Shown here piece by piece: positions 9,350 through 19,034 of a stretch of DNA of 35,349 nucleotides (positions are counted from its first letter, which is position 1; the number at the start of each line of letters is the position of its first letter). The notes beneath the pieces were generated by a model, which did no database searches, was not told the DNA's origin, and saw nothing but the letters and a program-made list of their open reading frames with translations. The stretch is taken from sequence record DRR378314_419; one strand, written 5' to 3'. A program made the translations under genes and the position numbers.

Positions 9350-11266
9350 CTATGAGGCAAAGTTATAGGCGGAAAGATCGGCCTGTCGCGTCATGGACCA
9401 GTAATCCACCAACCGCCAGGGGGAGACGGAGACAACCCGCCCTTTGCTGTTTCGATACCAGCTATCCACCCCCGGATGGGTCCATACCATGGCGTCATGT
9501 TCGGCGTCCACGTCGCGGTTATACGCATCATGGGCGCTCCTCTGCACTTCCATCTCCGTGTAATCCTGCTCAATCATATGCATCAGGCAGCGGGTGATAT
9601 AGCGGGCCTGACATTCGATATGGAAAATCAGGCTACCCCCATGGGCAAGGTTGGTATTGGGGCCATAGAACATGAAGAAATTGGGAAAATCCGGGGCGGT
9701 CATGCCAAGATAGGCGCGCGGATCTTCGCCCCATAACTCATGAATGGATTGGCCATTCCGCCCCCGGATATCCAGGGACCCGAGCAGATTAATGGCATCA
9801 AAACCGGTGCCAAAAATAATCACATCGGCGGCATGAAAATCGCCGTTGCTGTCGGTAACACCGGTGGCTGAGATCTGCTCAACCCCGGCGGTTGTCAACT
9901 CTACATTGGGCCGCTGCAGCATGTCGCACCAGTGATTATCGATTAGCATCCGTTTGGCAAAAGGGGGATAGTCCGGCACCATTTTATCAAGCAAATCCTC
10001 CCGCCCGTTCAGGGCATCGCGCAAATTCTGGATATATATTTCCCGGTGGCGGGCATTTTGGGCATTTAGCGAATGGGCCTGATCAGGCCAATTTGGATCT
10101 TTATGCAGGCTATCCCAAACCCCATCGCCATAGCTCCAGAACAGGCGAAAGCGATACCAGCTTTGATAGGCGGGCAGATGTTTGAGAAGCCATTTTTTGC
10201 CGTCGCTGACGTTGCGATGATAATCGGGCAGGATGCGGATCCAGTGAGGGGTTCGCTGCAGGATGCTCAGCTGGCCAGCTTCCTTGGCTATTTCCGGACA
10301 GAACTGCATGGCAGAGGCACCAGTGCCCACCACCACAACCTTCTTATCCCTCAATTTTATATCCGCTTGCCAGCGGGCTGAATGAAACGCCGGTCCTTCA
10401 AACTCTTCCAATCCCTTGAAATCGGGAATCTGGGGCTGGTTCAACTGGCCAACCGCGCTGATAAAAAACCGCGACTGCAATGTTTCGGTTGTCCCATCCG
10501 GGCCGGTGATGTCAAACGACCAGCATTTCTGGTTTTCCTCGTAGCGGGCCTGATCAAGGCGGCAGCCGAGCTGGATATGATCCAACAGGTCATATTTTTC
10601 GGCAACGCGCCGGATATAGGCATAAATTTCATCGCGTTTGGAATAATAGCCTGACCAGTCAGCGTTAGGCTCAAAGGAAAAAGAGTAGAAATGATTGGGT
10701 GTATCCACACCGCAGGCCGGGTAGGTATTTTCATACCAGGTGCCCCCCAGGCTGTCATTCTTCTCATAAATGGTGAAGGGGATACCGGCCTTTTTCAGAT
10801 GGATCGCCGCTCCAACCCCGGATAGACCAGCCCCGGCAATAACCACATGATGATCGCTGAGCTGTCGGGTCGGATCGGGGGCCGTCCAACGGGCGGATTT
10901 CTCCAGGGCGTTTTCAAATCCCATATCTTCAATAAACATCGGTACATATTCCGCGCCAACCGGCTCCCCCACATACAGTGACAGCATGTGCTGCAGGGTG
11001 TCCGCATCGGGCAGGTTCTTAGCAGTTTGTTTTCCGTCCCGAAGGTTTGTTATCAACGCGAAGGCCCGGTCGCGAATTTCCTGCTGAAAACCCTCTGGCA
11101 TATGGCGCACCCCGTCCAGACTGCGCGATGGTTTATAAGGTCCGTCCAGAAGGGACAGATCGCCGCTCAACTGACAGACAGTCATTAAAAGCGTTGGAAT
11201 ATTGGCGTCCTGAAGGGCCTCTTTCAGGGCGCTATCGGTGATATCTTCGATCTTCTGCTGTGTCAT
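9350..11266 (-). CDS. Type I Baeyer-Villiger monooxygenase, 4-hydroxyacetophenone monooxygenase (HapE)-like
   Basis: GAGLSG, GGTWYENTYP, BVMO fingerprint FEGPAFHSARW, GTGASAMQ, and a ~135 aa N-terminal extension (ANIPTLLM) typical of the HAPMO clade; 638 aa. Confidence 0.9.
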   Translation of the reverse strand: MTQQKIEDITDSALKEALQDANIPTLLMTVCQLSGDLSLLDGPYKPSRSLDGVRHMPEGFQQEIRDRAFALITNLRDGKQTAKNLPDADTLQHMLSLYVGEPVGAEYVPMFIEDMGFENALEKSARWTAPDPTRQLSDHHVVIAGAGLSGVGAAIHLKKAGIPFTIYEKNDSLGGTWYENTYPACGVDTPNHFYSFSFEPNADWSGYYSKRDEIYAYIRRVAEKYDLLDHIQLGCRLDQARYEENQKCWSFDITGPDGTTETLQSRFFISAVGQLNQPQIPDFKGLEEFEGPAFHSARWQADIKLRDKKVVVVGTGASAMQFCPEIAKEAGQLSILQRTPHWIRILPDYHRNVSDGKKWLLKHLPAYQSWYRFRLFWSYGDGVWDSLHKDPNWPDQAHSLNAQNARHREIYIQNLRDALNGREDLLDKMVPDYPPFAKRMLIDNHWCDMLQRPNVELTTAGVEQISATGVTDSNGDFHAADVIIFGTGFDAINLLGSLDIRGRNGQSIHELWGEDPRAYLGMTAPDFPNFFMFYGPNTNLAHGGSLIFHIECQARYITRCLMHMIEQDYTEMEVQRSAHDAYNRDVDAEHDAMVWTHPGVDSWYRNSKGRVVSVSPWRLVDYWSMTRQADLSAYNFAS

Positions 11267-11339
11267 TACTGACCTTCTTTATTTTCTGGGATGAGCGTTA
11301 ACCCATGGTATCCGCCTAGTTTAGGCAATTGTTGTTGAA

Positions 11340-11359
11340 AATGAAATCCACATTTCATT
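11340..11359. promoter_or_regulatory. Candidate operator between the divergent BVMO and SDR genes
   Basis: Perfect inverted repeat AATGAAAT-CCAC-ATTTCATT. Confidence 0.55.
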
Positions 11360-11440
11360 GATATATCGCAGGTTGCTGGCTAGTCTCTAGTATAAGGCGT
11401 TTTCAAACACCTCAAAAAAGACCAAAAACAGGGGGATAAG

Positions 11441-12205
11441 ATGGGCGAATTTTCAGGCAAAACCGTATTGGTGACCGGCGCGGCATCGGGGATTGGCAAG
11501 GCAACAGTCAAACAGTTTATCGCTGCCGGGGCGACTGTGTTGGGAACCGATATTAATGCGGCAGCAGGCGCGCAGGTATCGACTGAACTGAACGGGACCG
11601 ATCAGTTTCAGTTCAAAGCCCATGATGTTGCCGATGAAGATGCCTGGATCGCGGTGATGCAGGAGTTGAAGGCTGTTTTTGGTCCATTGGATATTCTGGT
11701 CAATTGCGCCGGGATTTCATTTTCTGATCCGCTGGAGGATATGTCGCTGGCGCGATGGCGCGCCCAACAGGCTGTCAATGTGGACGGAACCTTCCTTGGG
11801 ATCAAATATGCGATCCATGAAATGAAGGGGAGGGGTGGGGCCATTGTCAATATTGCCTCCATTGCCTCTGACGTGGGGATCTTTGCCGCTGTTGGCTATT
11901 GCGCAACCAAGGGCGCCGTCAAATCCCTGACCAAGGCTGCCGCCCTTTATTGCGCTCAGTATAAATATAATATTCGCGTCAATGCCATTCAGCCCGGCTA
12001 TATCGAAACCCCCATGGTCAGAGATACGCTGGATCGGCATAGCCATAAAGACGTTCTGGAGCAAAAGCTCAAAAGCCTGCACCCCCTCGGCCATCTGGGA
12101 GAGCCCGATGACATTGCAGCCGGAATTCTGTTTGCCGCCTCCGAGAAGGCAAAATTCATGACCGGAACCTCAATTCCCATTGACGGCGGGTATCTCGCAC
12201 AATAA
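11441..12205 (+). CDS. Classical SDR dehydrogenase (cyclopentanol/hydroxysteroid dehydrogenase-like, likely NAD-dependent)
   Basis: TGAASGIG, Asp in TDIN, NCAG, YCATK, PGYIETP. Confidence 0.92.
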   Translation: MGEFSGKTVLVTGAASGIGKATVKQFIAAGATVLGTDINAAAGAQVSTELNGTDQFQFKAHDVADEDAWIAVMQELKAVFGPLDILVNCAGISFSDPLEDMSLARWRAQQAVNVDGTFLGIKYAIHEMKGRGGAIVNIASIASDVGIFAAVGYCATKGAVKSLTKAAALYCAQYKYNIRVNAIQPGYIETPMVRDTLDRHSHKDVLEQKLKSLHPLGHLGEPDDIAAGILFAASEKAKFMTGTSIPIDGGYLAQ

Positions 12206-12243
12206 AGGTTGAATAAAAACAATCTCGCCGGAGATCATTTGTC

Positions 12244-13440
12244 ATGTCAATTAGTGACCGAACCGCGGTTTGGTGTCTTGCTTTGGGACAAACCCTGATT
12301 TGGGCAGGAACCTATTATCTCTTTCCGGCAATGATCGTTCGCTGGGAAAGCGAATTTGGCTGGAGCCGGTCGGAACTGACCGTCGGCTTGACCATCGCAA
12401 TTTTAGCCTCTGCCGTGTTCTCGCCCGTGGCGGGACGTTTGATCGACAAAGATTTAGGTCCTTATGTCCTGTTTTTCAGTGCCTTTATCGGCGGCCTGCT
12501 GGTCGGTACCTTGTATCTGGTGGAAACGCTTCCGGTTTTTTATGCCATCTGGTTGTGCCTGGGCGTGTGCATGGCCTTTGCGCTTTATGAACCCTGCTTT
12601 GCCTATGTGATCCGCATGAAAGGCACAGATGCCAAGCGCCACATCACGCTGATTACCCTTGTGGCCGGCTTTGCCAGTACCATTTCCTTTCCAGTGGTGC
12701 ATCATCTGTCTGATCTTTATGGGTGGCGGGATGCGTTATTTGCCTTTGTGGTGATTGTTTCTTTCATTGGTGCACCGCTGATGTGGATTGGCGCGCGCAA
12801 CCTCAGCCATCATGACAGCGCGTTCGAAGCCATCGAGCAGGCCAAGCTGATTGTCGGACGGGCCCGCTACGGGTTCCTGAAATGGCCAAAATTCTGGCTT
12901 ATTGCAATTGCCCTGTCCTTGTTGGCGATGACCCATGCGACCCTGATCAATCACTTGCTATTGTTGTTAAAAGATCGCCAGATCGATGCGGGAACGGCGG
13001 TTCTGGCCGCTTCCTTCATGGGACCAATGCAGGTTTTTGGCCGGGTTGTTGCCACGCTGGTTGGCCGCTTTTTCTCAAATTCGGTTATCACAGCCGTTTG
13101 TTTTGTGTTTTCAATTTCTGCCGTTGGGGCGCTGATGCTGGCAAGCCAACTACCGATTTTCCTGGCCGTGTTTATCTGTCTGCAGGGCAGCGGCATTGGT
13201 GTTAGCAGTATCATGAAGCCGGTCCTCTCGCGGGAAATCCTCGGCGGTGACAATTTTGGATTGAAATCCGGGGCCCTGTCGGTTCCGTTTTTTATTGGTA
13301 ACGCCTCTGCTGCGCTAATTGGTTCTTTATTATGGAGCGTGGGTGGCTATGATCTGGTGCTGGAAGCCCTGCTGGGTGTCCTGATTGTTGGTTTCCTGGC
13401 CTTGATCGCGGCGGTTCGCCTGGCAAGGACTGGTGGCTAG
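12244..13440 (+). CDS. MFS transporter
   Basis: About 12 hydrophobic segments, motif-A-like GRLIDKDLG, ITLVAGFASTI. Confidence 0.9.
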   Translation: MSISDRTAVWCLALGQTLIWAGTYYLFPAMIVRWESEFGWSRSELTVGLTIAILASAVFSPVAGRLIDKDLGPYVLFFSAFIGGLLVGTLYLVETLPVFYAIWLCLGVCMAFALYEPCFAYVIRMKGTDAKRHITLITLVAGFASTISFPVVHHLSDLYGWRDALFAFVVIVSFIGAPLMWIGARNLSHHDSAFEAIEQAKLIVGRARYGFLKWPKFWLIAIALSLLAMTHATLINHLLLLLKDRQIDAGTAVLAASFMGPMQVFGRVVATLVGRFFSNSVITAVCFVFSISAVGALMLASQLPIFLAVFICLQGSGIGVSSIMKPVLSREILGGDNFGLKSGALSVPFFIGNASAALIGSLLWSVGGYDLVLEALLGVLIVGFLALIAAVRLARTGG

Positions 13441-13533
13441 GTAAGGTAAAGGTTTGTAATGCAGCTCACTTGCTATCGGGCAAGGGGTGGGGTTATGATT
13501 TTTACCGATCATTCCAAGTAAAGATCCAATTCA

Positions 13534-14781
13534 ATGACAACAGAAAAATCCCCCCTGATGACGCCCGTGCTGATTGCCGGCTGTATTATCCTGATGACCG
13601 GTTTTGCCATCCGTGCCAGCTTTGGTGTTTTCCAGATCCCCATTGCCCAGGAGTTTGGCTGGCTGCGCGCTGAATTTTCCCTCGCCATTGCCATTCAGAA
13701 TTTGGCCTGGGGTGTCGGGCAGCCCATTTTCGCGGCAATCGCGGAAAAGGTTGGGGACCGCAAAGCCATTATCATGGGCGCCCTTATTTATGCGTTGGGC
13801 CTTGTCCTCAGCTCCTTTGCCACCACACCGATTGAGCATCAACTGCTTGAAATCCTGGTTGGCTTTGGCATTGCCGGAATGGGCTTTGGAGTGATCCTGG
13901 CGGTTGTCGGGCGCGCCGCTTCTGATAAAAATCGGTCCCTGGCGCTTGGGATTGCAACAGCTGCGGGCTCCGCCGGGCAAATCATTGGGCCGCCCTCTGC
14001 CGATTTTCTGATGCAATATATGAACTGGTCCTCTGTGTTCCTGATTTTTGCGGCCACCATTCTGATTGTGCTGATGGTGTTGCCGATGATGAAGACCGAC
14101 GCGCCTGTCGCCTCCCAGCAAGCGCTTGAGGAAACCATGAGCCAGGTGCTTCTGAAAGCCTTTTATGATCCGACGTACATCATGATCTTTCTGGGCTTTT
14201 TCTCCTGCGGTTTTCAGCTTGGGTTCGTTACCGCGCATTTCCCGGCCTTTATTGCCGAAGCCTGCGCTGCCATCCCGCCGAACAGTGTGCTTCGAAGCCT
14301 GGGGGTCAGTACGACAACGGCACTTGGCGCGCTTTCGATTGCGCTGATCGGGGTCACTAATATCGCCGGGTCCATCGCGGCCGGGGCATTGGGGGCGAAA
14401 TACAGCAAGAAATATCTGCTGGCGCTGATTTACACGGGGCGAACAATCGCCTGTGTTCTGTTTATTTCCTATCCGATGACCCCAACCTCTGTGGTGCTCT
14501 TCTCATTGGTGATGGGCTCCTTGTGGCTGGCAACCGTGCCGCCAACTGCCGGTCTTGTCGGTCAAATCTATGGCATGAAATATATGGGAACCCTGTATGG
14601 GATTGTGTTTTTCTCCCATCAGCTTGGCTCCTTCCTCGGGGTGTGGTTGGGCGGTACCCTTTATGATCAGTTTGGCACCTATGATATTGTCTGGTGGGTC
14701 GGGATCGGTGTTGGCGCCTTTTCGGCCATCGTTCACCTGCCGGTCAAGGAAATGCCCTATCAAAGCCGTCAACCGGCGTGA
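13534..14781 (+). CDS. MFS transporter (OFA-like)
   Basis: About 12 hydrophobic segments, AIAEKVGDRK, FSHQLGSFLG. Confidence 0.92.
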   Translation: MTTEKSPLMTPVLIAGCIILMTGFAIRASFGVFQIPIAQEFGWLRAEFSLAIAIQNLAWGVGQPIFAAIAEKVGDRKAIIMGALIYALGLVLSSFATTPIEHQLLEILVGFGIAGMGFGVILAVVGRAASDKNRSLALGIATAAGSAGQIIGPPSADFLMQYMNWSSVFLIFAATILIVLMVLPMMKTDAPVASQQALEETMSQVLLKAFYDPTYIMIFLGFFSCGFQLGFVTAHFPAFIAEACAAIPPNSVLRSLGVSTTTALGALSIALIGVTNIAGSIAAGALGAKYSKKYLLALIYTGRTIACVLFISYPMTPTSVVLFSLVMGSLWLATVPPTAGLVGQIYGMKYMGTLYGIVFFSHQLGSFLGVWLGGTLYDQFGTYDIVWWVGIGVGAFSAIVHLPVKEMPYQSRQPA

Positions 14782-14788
14782 CACTGTT

Positions 14789-14825
14789 AAACCCGCCGGG
14801 GGGAGCGACCCCTCGGCGGTTTTTT
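14789..14825 (+). terminator. Rho-independent terminator
   Basis: CCGCCGGGGGG-loop-CCCCTCGGCGG followed by TTTTTT. Confidence 0.8.
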
Positions 14826-14828
14826 ACC

Positions 14829-14856
14829 TTGACCCCGGGACCTGACCTCCTAATCT
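14829..14856 (+). promoter_or_regulatory. Candidate promoter of bdhA
   Basis: TTGACC-N16-TAATCT directly after the terminator. Confidence 0.4.
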
Positions 14857-14872
14857 GAGGGGGCATGATCAA

Positions 14873-14883
14873 TGCGGTGCAGC
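14873..14883 (+). promoter_or_regulatory. PhaR-like operator
   Basis: TGCGGTGCAGC matches the TGC-N3-GCA core of alphaproteobacterial PhaR sites and lies between the promoter and the RBS of bdhA. Confidence 0.5.
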
Positions 14884-14908
14884 CGCTATCGGATATGAGG
14901 ATGACAAG

Positions 14909-15694
14909 ATGAGTTTGAACGGCAAAGTTGCCCTGATTACAGGGTCCACCAGTGGAATTGGTCTGGGCATGGCGATGAATTTTGCCCGGCAGGGCGCCAG
15001 TGTGGTGATTAATGGCCTTGGGGATGGTGCAACCCTGGATGCAGCCAAGAAATCAGTCGCCACGGCCGGGAATGGCATGGTGATTTATCACGGCGCCAAT
15101 ATGCTGAATGCCGATGAAATCTCCGACATGGTGGCTGAGGCTGAGAAAAAGTTTGGTGCCGTTGATATTCTGGTCAATAACGCTGGTATTCAACATACCG
15201 CACCGGTCGACAGTTTCCCAAAAGATCGCTGGAACGATATTATTGCCATCAACCTGTCCAGTGCCTTTCATGCATCGCAAGCGGCGCTGCCCGGTATGCA
15301 GGCCCGTGACTATGGACGGATCATCAATATCGCGTCCGTTCATGGCCTGGTCGGCTCGGTTGAAAAATCCGCTTATGTTGCGGCGAAACACGGCATTATT
15401 GGCCTGACCAAGGTGACGGCCCTGGAAAATGCGACCCGCAATATCACCTGCAATGCGATCTGCCCGGGCTGGGTCCGCACGCCATTGGTCGAAGCCCAAA
15501 TCGATGCCCTGGCCGAAAAAGAAGGCCTGGATAAAGAAGAAGCGGCAAAAACCTTGCTGGCCGCTAAAGAGCCCAGCTTACGCTTCACCACGCCGGAACA
15601 ACTGGCCGAAGGTGCCGCGTTTCTTTGTAGTGATGCGGCGGCGAACATGACCGGGACGTCATTGGTGATGGATGGCGGCTGGACAGCTCAGTAA
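14909..15694 (+). CDS. bdhA: D-3-hydroxybutyrate dehydrogenase
   Basis: TGSTSGIG, NNAGIQH, IASVHG, KSAYVAAKHG, ICPGWVRTPLV, MDGGWTAQ. Confidence 0.93.
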   Translation: MSLNGKVALITGSTSGIGLGMAMNFARQGASVVINGLGDGATLDAAKKSVATAGNGMVIYHGANMLNADEISDMVAEAEKKFGAVDILVNNAGIQHTAPVDSFPKDRWNDIIAINLSSAFHASQAALPGMQARDYGRIINIASVHGLVGSVEKSAYVAAKHGIIGLTKVTALENATRNITCNAICPGWVRTPLVEAQIDALAEKEGLDKEEAAKTLLAAKEPSLRFTTPEQLAEGAAFLCSDAAANMTGTSLVMDGGWTAQ

Positions 15695-15814
15695 TCCGTT
15701 GAACCCCGGCCGCCAGAGCGCTTGACAGCCCTTGGTTTATTTGGACTAATGCGCATCGATAAAAAAGCACAGGCGCTCCCAAATCGCTGGCACCCTAAAC
15801 AGGAGGAACCCCCC

Positions 15815-16438
15815 ATGATCACCGTTCACCATCTCAATAATTCCCGTTCACAGCGGATCCTTTGGCTGCTTGAGGAGTTGGGGCAGGAGTATGAGGTCAA
15901 GCGCTATGAAAGGGACGCCACCACCAATCTCGCCCCGCCGGAGCTGGAAGCGGTGCATCCTTTGGGAAAATCCCCAGTGCTCGAAGATGATGGCTGTATG
16001 ATCCATGAAACCGGCGCTATCGTTGAATTTCTGGTGAATAAATATGATGATGGGACCTTGGCGCCGACGGATCGGTCTTCTGTCCTTTATACCCGGTATA
16101 GCGAATGGCTGCATTATGCAGAAGGCTCTGCCATGTTACCTATTCTTCTGAAATTATATGTCTCCCGGCTGGGCGATGCGGGGGCACCCCTGCATCCGCG
16201 CATCGGTGATGAATTTGGCCGGCATTTTTCCTATGTCAGCCAGTCGCTGAAAGATGATTATCTTCTGGGCGATCATCTGACGGCCGCTGACATCATCATG
16301 TCCTTCCCATTGGAAGCGGCAAATCGGGGCGGCGCACTGGCTGCGTTTCCAAATCTGCAGGCCTATGTCAAACGCTTCCAGGCACTGCCCGCCTATCAAC
16401 GGGCATTGGCGCGGGGCGGCGAATATGCGTTTGCCTGA
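15815..16438 (+). CDS. Glutathione S-transferase
   Basis: MITVHHLNNSRSQRILWLLEEL, HPLGKSP, ETGAI, TAADI; AGGAGG RBS before ATG 15815. Confidence 0.93.
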   Translation: MITVHHLNNSRSQRILWLLEELGQEYEVKRYERDATTNLAPPELEAVHPLGKSPVLEDDGCMIHETGAIVEFLVNKYDDGTLAPTDRSSVLYTRYSEWLHYAEGSAMLPILLKLYVSRLGDAGAPLHPRIGDEFGRHFSYVSQSLKDDYLLGDHLTAADIIMSFPLEAANRGGALAAFPNLQAYVKRFQALPAYQRALARGGEYAFA

Positions 16439-16461
16439 ACAACTTGGACCAAGGATGAAAA

Positions 16462-17181
16462 ATGACAATAAATATTCCAATCCATGATGTCGTCGGGCAT
16501 TCCTCTTCTGATGTACCCAAAACCTGGACCGCACCCAGCACTTATGTCGACAGCAACTCGGCAGTGATCGGCGATTTTACCAAAAAAGCGTTGGAAACTT
16601 TGCCTGCAACCGCCACTGATAAACAAAAAGCCATTCGGCTGTTTGACGCGGTTCGCGATGATATCCGCTATGATCCCTATCAGCTCAGCTTCAATGATCA
16701 GGATTATCAGGCAAGCAGGGTCGCCGGGCTTGAAGGAGCGTTCTGTGTGCCCAAGGCGATTTTGCTGACGGCCTGCTTGCGCCATGAAGGCATTCCTGCA
16801 GGCGTTGGATTTGCCGATGTTAAAAATCACCTCAATTCGGAAAAATTAGCAGATATAATGCAAACGGACATGTTTGTGTATCACGGCTATGTGGCGTTGC
16901 GTCTGGGCGATCAGTGTTTGAAGGTCACGCCAACCTTTAATCAGGAACTTTGCGATCGGTTTGGCGTTAAGGCAATTGAATTTGATGGGGAAAGCGACGC
17001 GCTGTTTCACGAATACGATGCCGATAAGCGTCAGCATATGGAATATGTAAAAGATCGCGGGATTTTCGAAGATCCGCCAATGGTTCAGGTGATCGAAGAT
17101 CTGGCCAGGATCTATCCTAAGATGAAGGATATTAAGGACCGCGAAGCCACGCCGGATGCGGATCCGGATTTCGCCGCCTGA
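16462..17181 (+). CDS. Transglutaminase-like cysteine protease family protein
   Basis: VRDDIRYDPY, FCVPKAILL (catalytic Cys), YHGY (His). Confidence 0.88.
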   Translation: MTINIPIHDVVGHSSSDVPKTWTAPSTYVDSNSAVIGDFTKKALETLPATATDKQKAIRLFDAVRDDIRYDPYQLSFNDQDYQASRVAGLEGAFCVPKAILLTACLRHEGIPAGVGFADVKNHLNSEKLADIMQTDMFVYHGYVALRLGDQCLKVTPTFNQELCDRFGVKAIEFDGESDALFHEYDADKRQHMEYVKDRGIFEDPPMVQVIEDLARIYPKMKDIKDREATPDADPDFAA

Positions 17182-17189
17182 CGGATACT

Positions 17190-17792
17190 ATGGATATGGG
17201 TGCTGGGGACCCCCTTCAAAATCTGCTGACGGACATTCGGGCCTGCACCCATTGCCGGGCGCATCTACCCGAAGGTTGCCGCCCGGTTTTGCAAGCCTCA
17301 AACAAGGCCAGACTGCTCATCGTTGGTCAGGCGCCGGGGCGAAAAGTTCATGCCTCTGGCATTACCTTTGATGATCCCAGTGGGGATCGTCTGCGGGGAT
17401 GGATGGGGATTGACCGGGACATATTTTATGATCCGGATTTGTTGAATATCATTCCCATGGGATTTTGTTATCCGGGCACCGGAAAATCCGGTGATTTACC
17501 GCCCCGGCCAGAATGTGCAGAGCTGTGGCGACCCTCTTTGATGGATCATATGGATCAGGTGGAACTGACGCTGGTGATCGGCAAATATGCCATCGACTGG
17601 CATATCGGCGCGGCACAGAAAAAGACATTGACCGATACCGTGCGAAACTGGACGGAATATATGCCAGATAGGCTGGTGCTGCCCCATCCATCGCCGCGCA
17701 ACAATCTTTGGCTCCGCCGCAATCCGTGGTTCGAAGCCGAAGTTATACCCGTCTTACAAAAACGCGTTCGGCAGATTTTAAACCGAACCTGA
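17190..17792 (+). CDS. Uracil-DNA glycosylase superfamily protein (family 4/5-like, Cys ligands)
   Basis: CTHC, motif A VGQAPG, FCYPG, PPRPEC, motif B LPHPSPRN. Confidence 0.88.
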   Translation: MDMGAGDPLQNLLTDIRACTHCRAHLPEGCRPVLQASNKARLLIVGQAPGRKVHASGITFDDPSGDRLRGWMGIDRDIFYDPDLLNIIPMGFCYPGTGKSGDLPPRPECAELWRPSLMDHMDQVELTLVIGKYAIDWHIGAAQKKTLTDTVRNWTEYMPDRLVLPHPSPRNNLWLRRNPWFEAEVIPVLQKRVRQILNRT

Positions 17793-17811
17793 AAGCTGAA
17801 GGAAGTCAATC

Positions 17812-18591
17812 ATGACAGATACTCAAAAAGTCCTGGTGGACGTAAAAGGCGCCATCACCACGATCACCATCAACCGGGCTCATTGCCGCAATGCAGTTGA
17901 TTTTGAAACGGGCGAATTGTTATTGGCTGCCTTTGACGCTTTCGATGCGGATGACAGCCAGTCCGTTGCCATTTTAACGGGGGCGGGTTCTTATTTCTGT
18001 GCGGGTTTTGATCTGAAATCCCTCTCCGGTCGGGAAGATCTGAGCTATGACCCTGAAGCGGAAGGGTTGATGGGGCCGAGTCGCCGTCTGCTCTCTAAAC
18101 CCGTGATTGCCGCGGTCGAGGGCTATGCGGTTGCCGGCGGGCTTGAACTGGCCCTTTGGTGTGATTTGCGGGTTGCCGCAGAAACGGCTGCTTTCGGTGT
18201 TTTCTGCCGCCGGTGGGGCGTACCGCTGATCGATGGCGGCTGTGTTCGCCTGCCGCGCCTGATTGGTCATAGCCGGGCGCTTGATATGATCCTGACCGGC
18301 CGAGAAGTCGGCGCGCGGGAGGCTTTGGACATGGGGCTGGCCAATCGGGTTGTCGCCGAAGGATCTGCGTTTGAAGAAGCCTTTAAACTGGCAGAACAAA
18401 TCGCCGAATTTCCGCAAACCTGCCTTCGCGTGGATCGTCAGACCTCCTATCAGCAATGGGGAATGGATGTCGCGGATGCGCTTCTGCTCGAAGCACGAAA
18501 TGGGGCAAAACCGTTATTTGCAGAAGCCCAAAACGGGGCAAGCCGGTTTGCCTCCGGTTTGGGCCGCAGTGGGGATTTTTCAAAAATCTAA
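17812..18591 (+). CDS. Crotonase/enoyl-CoA hydratase family protein
   Basis: RNAVD, FCAGFDL, KPVIAAVEGYAVAGGLELALWCD. Confidence 0.93.
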   Translation: MTDTQKVLVDVKGAITTITINRAHCRNAVDFETGELLLAAFDAFDADDSQSVAILTGAGSYFCAGFDLKSLSGREDLSYDPEAEGLMGPSRRLLSKPVIAAVEGYAVAGGLELALWCDLRVAAETAAFGVFCRRWGVPLIDGGCVRLPRLIGHSRALDMILTGREVGAREALDMGLANRVVAEGSAFEEAFKLAEQIAEFPQTCLRVDRQTSYQQWGMDVADALLLEARNGAKPLFAEAQNGASRFASGLGRSGDFSKI

Positions 18592-18595
18592 AGAG

Positions 18596-19030
18596 TTATT
18601 GCAGCTTTTCCAGAACGTGGCGCATCTCATCGGGAATGGGAACCGGCTTGTTGGTCGCCCGGTCCACATAGACATGGATGAAATATCCCTCCGCGCAGGC
18701 CTGTTCATCATCTCCCTTGAACAGGCCCAGCTCATAGCGAACCGATGAGTTGCCCATATGGGCGACCTTCAGGCCCGCATGGACCAGATCGGGAAAGACA
18801 ATGCTTTTGGCATACCGGCAACTGGTTTCCACGACCAGTCCGACAACCGGGCTGTTTTGAATATCCAAAATCCCTTCATGGACCAGGAACTGGTTCACGG
18901 TGGTGTCAAAATAGCTGTAATATTGCACATTATTGACATGACCGTAGGCATCGTTATCCATCCAGCGGGTCGGGATTGCCTGAAAATGACGGTAGTCACT
19001 GCGCAGGCTCATTTCCTTTTTACTACTCAT
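18596..19030 (-). CDS. Acyl-CoA thioesterase (4HBT/YbgC hot-dog fold)
   Basis: RWMDNDAYGHVNNVQYYSYFD. Confidence 0.92.
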   Translation of the reverse strand: MSSKKEMSLRSDYRHFQAIPTRWMDNDAYGHVNNVQYYSYFDTTVNQFLVHEGILDIQNSPVVGLVVETSCRYAKSIVFPDLVHAGLKVAHMGNSSVRYELGLFKGDDEQACAEGYFIHVYVDRATNKPVPIPDEMRHVLEKLQ

Positions 19031-19034
19031 CAGG

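Noticed and set aside
13531-14238. 235-aa minus-strand ORF
   Set aside because: Shadow of the MFS gene; its H/Q/N/D-rich composition is typical of antisense to hydrophobic codons
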